Shown piece by piece: positions 28,809-37,915 of a stretch of 64,000 bases of DNA. The position numbers were made by a program, and so were the translations under genes. The stretch's first letter is position 1, and the number at the start of each line of letters is the position of its first letter. Origin of the DNA: Candidatus Dojkabacteria bacterium (lineage in GTDB: Bacteria > Patescibacteriota > Dojkabacteria > SC72); assembly GCA_018056375.1 (NCBI GenBank), contig JAGPFQ010000001.1, positions 522,231 through 586,230 of the forward strand, written 5' to 3'. A model generated the notes under the pieces. It searched no databases and was not told the DNA's origin. It saw nothing but the letters and a program-made list of their open reading frames with translations.

Positions 28809-28981
28809 AAGGTTACCTTATCAATTTCCACCCATACAGTGATGACTATACCTCTTTTTGCTAAAACATTTAATCTACTAGAGGTCTTAACATCTATTTT
28901 AATGTACTTATAGTACATTAACTAATTTTGATAAAAGATATATAGTCCATAACTAGTAAAGAGAAATTGATAAGGTAACCT
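28809..28981. repeat. Nested inverted-repeat element: 19-bp terminal inverted repeats flanking about 135 bp that contain a central 23-nt perfect palindrome
   Basis: AGGTTACCTTATCAATTTC (28809..28827) is the exact reverse complement of GAAATTGATAAGGTAACCT (28963..28981). The central palindrome TTAATGTACT-TAT-AGTACATTAA lies at 28899..28921. Confidence 0.55.
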
Positions 28982-29063
28982 CTCTTCTTCTTTCTACTAC
29001 CCAACCCAACACTAATAATTTCTTTCATATTCTGGTAATATGTAGGTATAATAGAAACTGCCA

Positions 29064-29894
29064 ATGAAACAACATGCAATACCTCAAAATGTATTAGATG
29101 TAGAGTTTAAACTATTTACTAAGTTTACTCTTAAGGAATTTGCTTATTTAGCAATAGGTGTAGGTATTGGTGGTTTATTCCTCTATCTAACCGTAAGTAA
29201 AAAGATTCCTGCTATAATAGGTATCCCTATCTTTGTAGTATTCTCTGGTGCAGGTGTTTTCTTAGCTCTTGTCCCTATCAATGATCAACCTGCAGACAAA
29301 TTTATACAAAACTATATAACAGCAATCACAAATCCAACACAAAGAGTATGGAAAAGCAAAAACCAAGGAGACAAAGCACAAAAACCTGGAGTTAAACCCT
29401 CAAAAGATGGTACACTTGTCTCCAAAGATGTAAAGGAAAGACCCAAGATTATTGGTTCCTCTATAAGTAAGAGTAAGATTGTAGAAGAGACTTCAGAAAA
29501 TGTTAAAGCCATAGACAGACAAATAGAAGAAGCAGAAAAAGCTACTATTATAAGACAGGTTGATGCAAATAAAATATTAATTAACTCTGAAAACATATCT
29601 AACTATCAATTTAATATCAAAGGGTTTGAAAACATTCCTGGAAATATTAACCTATGGCTATCTACAAAAGATTACCAACCCATACCAAATGTTGTAGCAC
29701 AACTCAAAGATAGCAGTGGTAATTTACTCTATGCAAATAAAACAGGATCTAATGGATATTTCCTAACTAATAAGAGATGGAATCCTGATAAATATGTTGT
29801 AGAATTTGAATCTGGGGAATATAAATTTCCAAAGGTGGAAATTATTCTTACTGGAAGAGAAAGTAATTTACCTATTAAAATATCTGCTCTGTAA
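29064..29894 (+). CDS. PrgI/VirB3-like small membrane protein of Gram-positive-type type IV secretion systems
   Basis: Two closely spaced TM helices near the N-terminus (FAYLAIGVGIGGLFLYL...IIGIPIFVVFSGAGVFLALV). Immediately upstream of a VirB4 ATPase. The family assignment comes from architecture and context, so it is tentative. Confidence 0.45.
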   Translation: MKQHAIPQNVLDVEFKLFTKFTLKEFAYLAIGVGIGGLFLYLTVSKKIPAIIGIPIFVVFSGAGVFLALVPINDQPADKFIQNYITAITNPTQRVWKSKNQGDKAQKPGVKPSKDGTLVSKDVKERPKIIGSSISKSKIVEETSENVKAIDRQIEEAEKATIIRQVDANKILINSENISNYQFNIKGFENIPGNINLWLSTKDYQPIPNVVAQLKDSSGNLLYANKTGSNGYFLTNKRWNPDKYVVEFESGEYKFPKVEIILTGRESNLPIKISAL

Positions 29895-29896
29895 TT

Positions 29897-30541
29897 ATGG
29901 ATAAAAGAAAAGCAAAGGCTAGAGCCACAGCAACAGCATCAACTCAAGACCATCTTGCAGTACGTGATATTAGAGATGATTTGATTATTAATAAGAATGG
30001 AAGTGTATCCATGGTTATTCAAACATCTGCTATCAACTTCGATCTTTTGGCAGAATATGAGCAAGATAATAAAATATTAGCATTTGGTGGTTTACTAAAC
30101 TCTCTTAACTTCCGTGTTCAAATAATGATTAGGACAAAAAGAATTGATATTAGTAACTATATTACATACTTGAGATCACAAAGAGACAAAAGTATGAGTG
30201 AAGGACTACAAAAGCAGTTAGATATATATACCCACTTTATAGAAAACTTAATTGTCGAGAATGATGTCTTAGATAAAACATTCTTTATAATAGTACCATA
30301 TCATACAGGAGCAGTTTTACCAGAAGTTTCTCTATTTAAAGGTAAGAAAAGTAATACAGAGGAAGAGGCTATCGCCAACCAAAAGATAGAACAATTACTT
30401 GAAAAAGCTAAGATATTCTTAAACCCAAAGAGAGATCACATACTTAAACAGTTAAGTAGGATGGGACTATCTGGTCACCAATTAACAACAAAAGAATTAA
30501 TTTCAGAACTATACACAATGTATAATCCTGAAGAGGAGTAG
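29897..30541 (+). CDS. Hypothetical protein, T4SS-module associated
   Basis: Translationally coupled between the PrgI-like and VirB4 genes. No TM segment and no recognisable motif. Confidence 0.3.
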   Translation: MDKRKAKARATATASTQDHLAVRDIRDDLIINKNGSVSMVIQTSAINFDLLAEYEQDNKILAFGGLLNSLNFRVQIMIRTKRIDISNYITYLRSQRDKSMSEGLQKQLDIYTHFIENLIVENDVLDKTFFIIVPYHTGAVLPEVSLFKGKKSNTEEEAIANQKIEQLLEKAKIFLNPKRDHILKQLSRMGLSGHQLTTKELISELYTMYNPEEE

Positions 30542-30549
30542 TAAAGAAA

Positions 30550-32970
30550 ATGGAAAATAACAAAACAATTACAAGTAAAACAAGTAATATGCTCTCTGAT
30601 AGGCAGAAGAGCCTGCAAACCTCTGGAGAGAAATATGCTCAATTCCAGGAGCAGATTAAAGTAGACCCTAGTGCAGTTGAAGATACTAGAAGACATCCTA
30701 CAGAAGAATTTGTAGACCCTAATAAGCAAGATGGAAAAAAGAAAAGTCCTGTTTTGAGATTTTTGGATAAGATTGCAGAGAAAGTAAACCAAGGAGAGAA
30801 AGAGACAAATCCAAGTGAAGATATTATATTACAAGAAGAAACTGAAGAATACATTTCTCCCCTTGGTACAAAGACCGATTTGTCTATTCAGGATCTTGTT
30901 GCACCAATAGATATGGAGATTGATTTCAATCATCTTCAAATGGGCGATTATTATTTTAGAACCTTTTTTATCAGTGGATACCCTAGATTTGTAGGACCTA
31001 ACTGGCTCTCCCCTATTATTAACTTTGAACACTCTTTAAGAATAAGTACTTTCTACTATCCTGTTGAATCAAAAGTTATTCTTGAAAAATTAAAAAAGAA
31101 AATAGGAGAGATGGAAGCCACTCTCTATTCTCAAATGGAAGATAGAAAAGTTATAGATCCTTCATTAAAAGTGGCACTCTCTGATGCACAAATGTTACAA
31201 GATTCAATAGCCGAAGGAACAGAGAAGTTCTTCCATTTCTCTATGTATGTAACTATATATGCCAAAGATGAAGATACATTAGAGAAAATCTCACGAAATG
31301 TAGTTTCCACTCTAGCAGCCATGAATGTAACAGCAAAGCCAGCTACACTACAACAAGAACAAGGTTTTATTGGCACTCAGCCACTAGGTATAGACAACCT
31401 ATATATTACAAGAAATATGGACACAACATCTCTTGCAACAACTTTTCCTTTTGTCACTTCGGAGTTGACTATGGATCATGGCATTATGTATGGATTAAAT
31501 GTACACAACAAAAGCTTGGTTGTATTTGACAGATTTGAGTTAGAAAATGCAAATACTGTAGTATTTGCAAAGTCAGGAGCTGGTAAGAGCTATTTTGTAA
31601 AACTCGAGGCAGTTAGAAGTTTAATGTTAGGCACCGAGATTATTATAATTGACCCAGAGAGGGAATATGAAAACTTAGCTCATGCAGTCGATGGAGCATA
31701 TATCTCTTTCTCTCAAGATAAAGGGCATAAAATGAATCCTTTTGAGCTGTCTGGAATCTCTGAAGAGGGAGATGATGAACTAAGAATGAAATTACTTTCC
31801 TTACATGGCTTCTTTAAAGTCCTCTTCGAAGGAATAACAAATATAGAAGATGCTATTTTAGACAGAGCTCTTCAATTAACATACAGAGAGAAGGGAATAA
31901 CTTTTGATCCTAATACACAATCAAACACCCCTCCACTACTTGAAGACTTATACAAAGTTCTTAAAGGTATGGCAGAAACAGAAGCACATGGCCTTGCAAG
32001 AAGATTAGAAAAATATCTAATTGGAAGTGGTGCAGGTGTTTTCAATGAAGCAAGCAACTTCGAGATAGATAATCCTTTTACAGTCTTTAGTGTAAGAGAC
32101 TTACAAGAAGAACTAAAACCTCTAGCTATGTACCTAATGTTAGACTTCATATGGACCAGAATTAGAAAGGATCAGAAAAGAAGATTATTAATAGTTGATG
32201 AAGCTTGGTATATGATGCAATCAGAAGATTCCGCTAAATTTATGTACTCTATAGCTAAACGAGCAAGAAAATATTACTTAGGACTCACTACAATCACACA
32301 AGACGTTGCAGACTTCTTAAATAATGAGATGGGCAGAGCTATCATCTCAAACTCATCTATTCAAATGTTGATGAAACAGAGTCCCTCCGCCGTAGATTTA
32401 CTACAAAGAGTCTTCAATCTTTCTGACGGAGAAAAAGGTTACCTGCTAAGTTGTGACAAAGGACAGGGTCTTTTCTTTGCCGGATCTAATCATGTAGGTA
32501 TCCAAGTTATTTCCAGTGTAGCAGAACATGAATTGATTACTTCAGACCCTAGAGATTTAGAAAAACTAAAAGCTAGGGAGGGACAAGAAGATACAAGGAC
32601 AATAGAGGAGCTAGCACAGATATATGATGCTCCTACAACACAACAACCTACAAGAGACTCCAAACCTGGGAGAGAAGATGAACTGATTAGTGAGGCAGTA
32701 GAAAGAAGAGAAAGACAAAAGGGTATGTTAGAAAAAGAGAGAGAAGCATACCAGCAGGAATTAGAAAGAAAACTACAAGAACAAGAAAAGATAATGAATC
32801 CAGAAAAATTTGCAAAACAAAAAACATTTTTAGACGAATTAAATGAAAATACTTTAACGGGACAAGTAGTTAACCAAAGGAAAGAAACTTTAAAAGGAAG
32901 ACGTCACCTGACACCACAAGGAATGGTTCAAAGTTACCCAAATGAAGAGGAGGATAATGAAAATGTTTAG
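30550..32970 (+). CDS. Type IV secretion system ATPase VirB4/TraC/PrgJ-like
   Basis: Walker A VVFAKSGAGKSYF, Walker B RLLIVDEAWYMM, a VirB4-type N-terminal domain (YYFRTFFISGYPRFVGPNWLSPII), about 800 aa. Confidence 0.85.
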   Translation: MENNKTITSKTSNMLSDRQKSLQTSGEKYAQFQEQIKVDPSAVEDTRRHPTEEFVDPNKQDGKKKSPVLRFLDKIAEKVNQGEKETNPSEDIILQEETEEYISPLGTKTDLSIQDLVAPIDMEIDFNHLQMGDYYFRTFFISGYPRFVGPNWLSPIINFEHSLRISTFYYPVESKVILEKLKKKIGEMEATLYSQMEDRKVIDPSLKVALSDAQMLQDSIAEGTEKFFHFSMYVTIYAKDEDTLEKISRNVVSTLAAMNVTAKPATLQQEQGFIGTQPLGIDNLYITRNMDTTSLATTFPFVTSELTMDHGIMYGLNVHNKSLVVFDRFELENANTVVFAKSGAGKSYFVKLEAVRSLMLGTEIIIIDPEREYENLAHAVDGAYISFSQDKGHKMNPFELSGISEEGDDELRMKLLSLHGFFKVLFEGITNIEDAILDRALQLTYREKGITFDPNTQSNTPPLLEDLYKVLKGMAETEAHGLARRLEKYLIGSGAGVFNEASNFEIDNPFTVFSVRDLQEELKPLAMYLMLDFIWTRIRKDQKRRLLIVDEAWYMMQSEDSAKFMYSIAKRARKYYLGLTTITQDVADFLNNEMGRAIISNSSIQMLMKQSPSAVDLLQRVFNLSDGEKGYLLSCDKGQGLFFAGSNHVGIQVISSVAEHELITSDPRDLEKLKAREGQEDTRTIEELAQIYDAPTTQQPTRDSKPGREDELISEAVERRERQKGMLEKEREAYQQELERKLQEQEKIMNPEKFAKQKTFLDELNENTLTGQVVNQRKETLKGRRHLTPQGMVQSYPNEEEDNENV

Positions 32971-33211
32971 CTTTTTTAAGAAGAAAGATGACACAAACAC
33001 ACAACCTTTAGATGAAGATATCTATCTTGTGACACAGGCAGTGGATACAGATTCTTTAGCAGTAGAACAAAAACAAGATGATTTAGCAAAACTAACCAAA
33101 GCAGAGAGTAAGAAAGAGTATAAATCGAATATTGCTAAATCAATTGCAAATCCTGCCATAGCCAGAGCAGCAACAGCATTACAAATGAAAAACCCTTTCA
33201 AAGGAAATTAG
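32942..33211 (+). CDS. Small hypothetical protein
   Basis: ORF overlapping the VirB4 stop. Weak call. Confidence 0.2.
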   Translation: MKRRIMKMFSFFKKKDDTNTQPLDEDIYLVTQAVDTDSLAVEQKQDDLAKLTKAESKKEYKSNIAKSIANPAIARAATALQMKNPFKGN

Positions 33212-34389
33212 CTTAGTGGTCCTTGGTCTACATTAAGGAATTCTCCCAAATTATCTTTATTAATAACTATTGGAAGTGAATGACCATCTACAATCTTTCT
33301 TGCTGCACTCCTAATCATTGTTCCTATATTTCTCTCTAATTGCCTTATACCAGCATCAAAACCAACTGGTCGAATAACCGAAAGCCAAATATCATCACTA
33401 ATCTGAATATGCTCAGATGAAAGATTTAATTCTTTAAGAACATTTGGAAGAATATATTTCTTTGCTATTACCTCTTTCTCTTCATCTGAATAGCTTGTAA
33501 ACCTAATTATCTCTACTCTATCTAATAAAGCTGCAGATAGTCCTCCTAGATTATTTGCGGTACAAATAAACATTACTCTGGAGAGGTCTACTGGGTAATC
33601 TATGTAATGGTCAACAAATGTATTATTCTGTTCTGGGTCTAATATCTCTAGTAATGTAGCCATAACATCACTTAACAAACCGGCATTACCACTAGCCTTT
33701 TCGATCTCGTCTAGTAGTATGACAGGATTCATAGTTCCACATCTAACTAATGCTTTAATTATCTGTCCTGGCTCCCCGTCTATAGAATATCTAGGCGTCC
33801 CTCTTAAAGTTCTAACATCTCCAATTGCACCTAGTGATATCCTTACAAACTTTCTATTCATAGATTTTGCAATTGATTTCGCTATTGAAGTCTTACCCAC
33901 ACCTTGTAGACCTACAAACATAAAAACAGGAGAATGTACTTCAAAATCTTCATATTGTTCAACAGGTCTTGATTCTCTAGCTTGCGAATCCATAGGTATT
34001 TGGGTTGGGACATTTGCTACATTTGTTACATTTCCAGCTTTTAACTGCATGGAAGCTAGATAGTCTAAAATCAGATTCTTAACAGAGTCCATACCGTGAT
34101 GAGTACTATCCATTATCTCTTTAGCTTGTGCTATATCTAAACAATCTTGAGATACATTACCCCACGGTATCCTTACTATCCAATCTATATATTTACTTAC
34201 ATTCTCAAACTCATTACTATACCCACCCATTCTAACCATTCTTTTTAACCTTTGGATAGAGAGCATAGCTTCTTCTTTGAGCTCTGTTGGTGTAGATGAG
34301 GAATTTAATTTATTCTCTAATTGAGTTATTTCAGCTAAACTTTCATCAAGCACACTTGTTGTTGTAGGTAGGGCAGTATTGTTATCCAT
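33208..34389 (-). CDS. Lon-like AAA+ ATPase lacking both the LAN N-domain and the C-terminal protease domain
   Basis: YIDWIVRIPWGNVSQ, Walker A GLQGVGKTSIAKSIA, RKFVRISLGAIGDVRTLRGTPRYSIDGEPGQII, Walker B ILLDEIEKAS, LLEILDPEQNNTFVDHY sensor/arginine-finger region, DRVEIIRFTSYSDEEK. The ORF stops exactly where the Lon protease domain would begin. Confidence 0.8.
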   Translation of the reverse strand: MDNNTALPTTTSVLDESLAEITQLENKLNSSSTPTELKEEAMLSIQRLKRMVRMGGYSNEFENVSKYIDWIVRIPWGNVSQDCLDIAQAKEIMDSTHHGMDSVKNLILDYLASMQLKAGNVTNVANVPTQIPMDSQARESRPVEQYEDFEVHSPVFMFVGLQGVGKTSIAKSIAKSMNRKFVRISLGAIGDVRTLRGTPRYSIDGEPGQIIKALVRCGTMNPVILLDEIEKASGNAGLLSDVMATLLEILDPEQNNTFVDHYIDYPVDLSRVMFICTANNLGGLSAALLDRVEIIRFTSYSDEEKEVIAKKYILPNVLKELNLSSEHIQISDDIWLSVIRPVGFDAGIRQLERNIGTMIRSAARKIVDGHSLPIVINKDNLGEFLNVDQGPLS

Positions 34390-34446
34390 ATTATAAATAA
34401 GTGTATATTTAACAATCTATTAAGTCAAATCTGTCCGTTGTTGATT

Positions 34447-34725
34447 CTATTGGTAGTCAAGATTTCCTCCATGAACATCAATTGCATCCTGAACTATGTC
34501 ATCAACCTTTGTACGAAACTCCTTTGTTTCCACCAAAGCTCCTGCAATCATATCCAAAGCTTCTGGGGTACTTGCGATTATTTCAGCTAGAAGAGTAACA
34601 AAGTGTGGATCTGTAGCTAATTTGTTTTTAAATCCAAGTGTCAAATCATTCTCCTCTTGTCCCCTTCCTCGAGATGGGTTTTCATTTCCTCCATTGGGAT
34701 ACCCCACATTTTCACTCCCTATCAT
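34447..34725 (-). CDS. Small hypothetical protein
   Basis: ORF only. Confidence 0.2.
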   Translation of the reverse strand: MIGSENVGYPNGGNENPSRGRGQEENDLTLGFKNKLATDPHFVTLLAEIIASTPEALDMIAGALVETKEFRTKVDDIVQDAIDVHGGNLDYQ

Positions 34726-34743
34726 AATTTTAATATTAAAAAT

Positions 34744-36558
34744 TTAATTTCTATTTACATTATACATCTTCTCTAACTCATTAACCCTAGTAGCATCATT
34801 AGCACTCTTATCCCTATCCCACTCCACTAATCTAGGGAATCTAAGTGAAAGACCACCACCAATATTCTCATCACCTAATCTTCTTGTAATCTCATCTGCC
34901 TCAACAGTAAAAACAACCTCTGGATATATCCATACATCAGGCTTCAAATTCTCTGGACAGAGTACACTCTTTGGTTGCTCCTCTTCTATCTTAGACTCCA
35001 ACTGCTCATAAATACTCTTCAATTGTTCATCAGTAAAACCTGTCCCTACCTTACAGATAGCTTCATAACCATCAGTTTCCTCATTATACAAAGCACCCAA
35101 TATTGCACCTACACCTAAATCTGATCTTCTTCCAGAACCATGATAGTAACCAACACATACTAGATCTACAGTGTCAACTAAAGAACTCAGCATGCTCTTC
35201 TTCAGCTTGATCCAATCATAGTTTCTAACACCTGGTAAATATCCACCTGTTTGCATCTTGGCGATTACTCCTTCATATCCCTTTTCTACATTTTCATTGA
35301 AGACATTCATTAAACTATCTAAATCTTCAACCCTTTTAGTCTTACATATTTCTAAACTACCATCCATCTTAATCTTCTCAAGAATCTCAATCCTCTTCTG
35401 TGTATCTGTATCTATTAGATCTTTCCCATTTAGATACAAAACATCAAAAACCATTGCCTTAATAGGGATATCCTTAGATGTATCCTCTACCCCATACTTT
35501 CTCCTTCTCTGCATAGTTTCCTGAAAAGGTAAGAACTTGCCATCTTTAAATCCTAAAGCTTCGGAATCTAGAATAAAAGAGGGTTCTTTAACTTGTTTTG
35601 CTGACTCAACAATCTCTGGAAACATCTTTGTAACATCCTCTAAATTTCTTGTAAAAAGCTTTACCTGTACACCATCAGATTCCATATCAAACAGACCAGC
35701 AGATTCTTTTTGAATATATTTCTTCCAAATATATTCCCTCTTCTCAAAATCTTCCTCCCTGTATTTATGAATCTGACATCTTAAACCATCAAACTTAGGC
35801 TGAATCAATGCAGGAACTCCTGTCCTACCAAATGTCTCTTCAAAGCTTCCTACTCTTTCTACTAATCTAGGAAGTACTGGAATACCAGGTTGTAGTTTTA
35901 CATCTTTCAAACTTTCAATGGCTTTCTCTTCACTCTTTCTTGCAATTACAGAGTATATATATCCAATATCAGCACTAACACCATATGCTCGATCTAATTC
36001 TTCTCTCACACTCTTGCTTCCAGATATTACAAAAGAGAAGACATCTAGCAATGTTTTATAGTTGATACCAAACCTTAATTGACCACATATGATTCTTACA
36101 AAATATTTAGCTTCTAGAGGTGAAAGCTTCTGTATTGTTTCTAAAACAACACTATTCTTTCTCTCAACAGAGCCTGTACCTTGTATATTTACAATACCCC
36201 AAAGGGTATCGTATACCTCTTTTATACTTAGTTTCTTTGATGTAAAACTTGCTTTTCCAGAAAACTCTTTTACTGTATCTCCAATATCCCCTAATTCAAC
36301 TCTCTTCTCATTGATATTAAAATTAGGGAGATGTAGCTTGCTGTAGTTTTCCAGCAATGTAAGGAGACTTTTTTCAGAATAGTTGAATTCGCTATCAAGA
36401 AAGAACGGTGCTACTCCACCTAATACCATGTAAGAGACTATCTGTCCTTCTTCTTTGGTTAACTCTTTGTAGAAATCTGCGAGAATACTTGTGATCTCAT
36501 TCCTAGAGTTTGTTTTCTCTATCTGTTCGAATATATTTGCAACCTCATTGAAATCCAT
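34744..36558 (-). CDS. ATP-dependent DNA ligase
   Basis: Adenylation motif I KFDGLRCQIH (KxDG), nucleotidyltransferase and OB-fold domains, about 600 aa. Confidence 0.9.
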   Translation of the reverse strand: MDFNEVANIFEQIEKTNSRNEITSILADFYKELTKEEGQIVSYMVLGGVAPFFLDSEFNYSEKSLLTLLENYSKLHLPNFNINEKRVELGDIGDTVKEFSGKASFTSKKLSIKEVYDTLWGIVNIQGTGSVERKNSVVLETIQKLSPLEAKYFVRIICGQLRFGINYKTLLDVFSFVISGSKSVREELDRAYGVSADIGYIYSVIARKSEEKAIESLKDVKLQPGIPVLPRLVERVGSFEETFGRTGVPALIQPKFDGLRCQIHKYREEDFEKREYIWKKYIQKESAGLFDMESDGVQVKLFTRNLEDVTKMFPEIVESAKQVKEPSFILDSEALGFKDGKFLPFQETMQRRRKYGVEDTSKDIPIKAMVFDVLYLNGKDLIDTDTQKRIEILEKIKMDGSLEICKTKRVEDLDSLMNVFNENVEKGYEGVIAKMQTGGYLPGVRNYDWIKLKKSMLSSLVDTVDLVCVGYYHGSGRRSDLGVGAILGALYNEETDGYEAICKVGTGFTDEQLKSIYEQLESKIEEEQPKSVLCPENLKPDVWIYPEVVFTVEADEITRRLGDENIGGGLSLRFPRLVEWDRDKSANDATRVNELEKMYNVNRN

Positions 36559-36559
36559 A

Positions 36560-36958
36560 TTATCCTATGTATGTGTATTTAGTTGATTTGGTACTACCTT
36601 CTTGTTTGACTACACCTTGTGTCACTAACACATCCATATCTCTTCGTAATGTTCTTGTGGATACATTTGGTTCAAGTGCATATATTTCTGAAGGTATCAT
36701 CTCCCCTTTCTCTTTTATCATTGCCAATATCTTGTACTGCCTTTCATTGATTGGATATATTTTCTTCTTTATCTTTTCAACCTTCTTTACTTCATCTTTA
36801 GCTGCTTTAGGGGTAATCTCTCCTTTTTCTTCTTTCTTTTCTTTTTTTTGTGCTTTTTTCTTACTGACAGCTTTATATACGAGAAAAGCTCCAAAAAGAA
36901 AACCTAATATACTAAAAAGAACAGACCATATGGATGTGTTTTTTTCATTTTCTTCCAT
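36560..36958 (-). CDS. Membrane-anchored winged-helix (DeoR/MarR-like) DNA-binding protein
   Basis: N-terminal TM helix, a Lys-rich linker, and a C-terminal winged-HTH-like segment (QYKILAMIKEKGEMIPSEIYA...VSTRTLRRDMDVLVTQGVV). Confidence 0.35.
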   Translation of the reverse strand: MEENEKNTSIWSVLFSILGFLFGAFLVYKAVSKKKAQKKEKKEEKGEITPKAAKDEVKKVEKIKKKIYPINERQYKILAMIKEKGEMIPSEIYALEPNVSTRTLRRDMDVLVTQGVVKQEGSTKSTKYTYIG

Positions 36959-36994
36959 ATTTCATTATATCTTTTGGATTGATATTTGTGAAAT

Positions 36995-37888
36995 TTAACC
37001 CCACAATTGTTTAGGGTACTCTCCTCTTGGTATCATCTTTTCTATAGCTTTTACTACCTTCGCTTTATCTTCTCTATAAGTGATACCGTACCATTTAGCA
37101 GTTGTGGGTAATACTTTTACATTCCACTCCTTTTCAACAATACCTTTGTATATCGATTGAGGTATTAAATACTCACATACTTCAAGATTCCCTTTATTTT
37201 CTTTAAGAAACTTAGAAAAGTTTTCTTCCAAATATGTGAAAAGTTTTGTAGTAAAACCAAACATATTCATAGATACGAATTGATTATGAGCCACTTCAAA
37301 AGGGGTTGATCCATCTAGAGGTGTTGCAACTATTTTACCTTCTATATTCTCACAACTACTCTCCGTTATTTTCTCTAAAAAACCATCCTTCACATCACAT
37401 ACACCTCTTTTAACAGTTCCACTATCTGGGAGAGTATTTGCACATTTATAACCAACAATACAAAATTCTCCTTCTTTAGCTAGTTTAAGGTGATTCGCAA
37501 GAACAAGAAAAGAATCTTTTCCATAGAAGTCATCTGAGTTGATAACACCAAAATTGCTATTAACATTGTTTCTTGCACTAAGGATAGCATGTGATGTTCC
37601 CCACGGTCTTGTTCTCTCTGGTGGACAAGAGAAACCTTCTGGTAAATCATCTAGTTCTTGGAATGCATATTCTACCTGTATATGTGGTTCTACTCTCTTA
37701 CCTACTGTTTCTTTGAAAATATCATAATTCTCCCTTTTAATTACAAAAACAACCTTCTTAAAACCTGCTTGTATTGCATCATATATTGAATAGTCTATGA
37801 TAAATTCACCACTTGGACCAACAGGTTCTATCTGTTTTAATCCACCGAACCTACTACCCATACCAGCTGCCATTATTACTAGTGTCAT
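36995..37888 (-). CDS. Sugar-phosphate nucleotidyltransferase (NTP_transferase family)
   Basis: LVIMAAGMGSRFGGLKQ matches the G-x-G-T/S-R motif of sugar-1-phosphate nucleotidyltransferases. Confidence 0.55.
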   Translation of the reverse strand: MTLVIMAAGMGSRFGGLKQIEPVGPSGEFIIDYSIYDAIQAGFKKVVFVIKRENYDIFKETVGKRVEPHIQVEYAFQELDDLPEGFSCPPERTRPWGTSHAILSARNNVNSNFGVINSDDFYGKDSFLVLANHLKLAKEGEFCIVGYKCANTLPDSGTVKRGVCDVKDGFLEKITESSCENIEGKIVATPLDGSTPFEVAHNQFVSMNMFGFTTKLFTYLEENFSKFLKENKGNLEVCEYLIPQSIYKGIVEKEWNVKVLPTTAKWYGITYREDKAKVVKAIEKMIPRGEYPKQLWG

Positions 37889-37915
37889 ACTATTAGTATA
37901 TCATATGGTATACTA

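Noticed and set aside
29897-30541. 214-aa protein as a split-off N-terminal domain of VirB4
   Set aside because: The 806-aa downstream protein already contains a complete VirB4-type N-terminal domain, so a split-gene explanation is unnecessary.
33208-34389. Annotating the Lon-like gene as a complete ATP-dependent protease Lon
   Set aside because: The ORF ends at the AAA+/protease boundary. Only 238 bp remain before the convergent VirB4 gene, with no room for an S16 protease domain, and the LAN N-domain is also missing.
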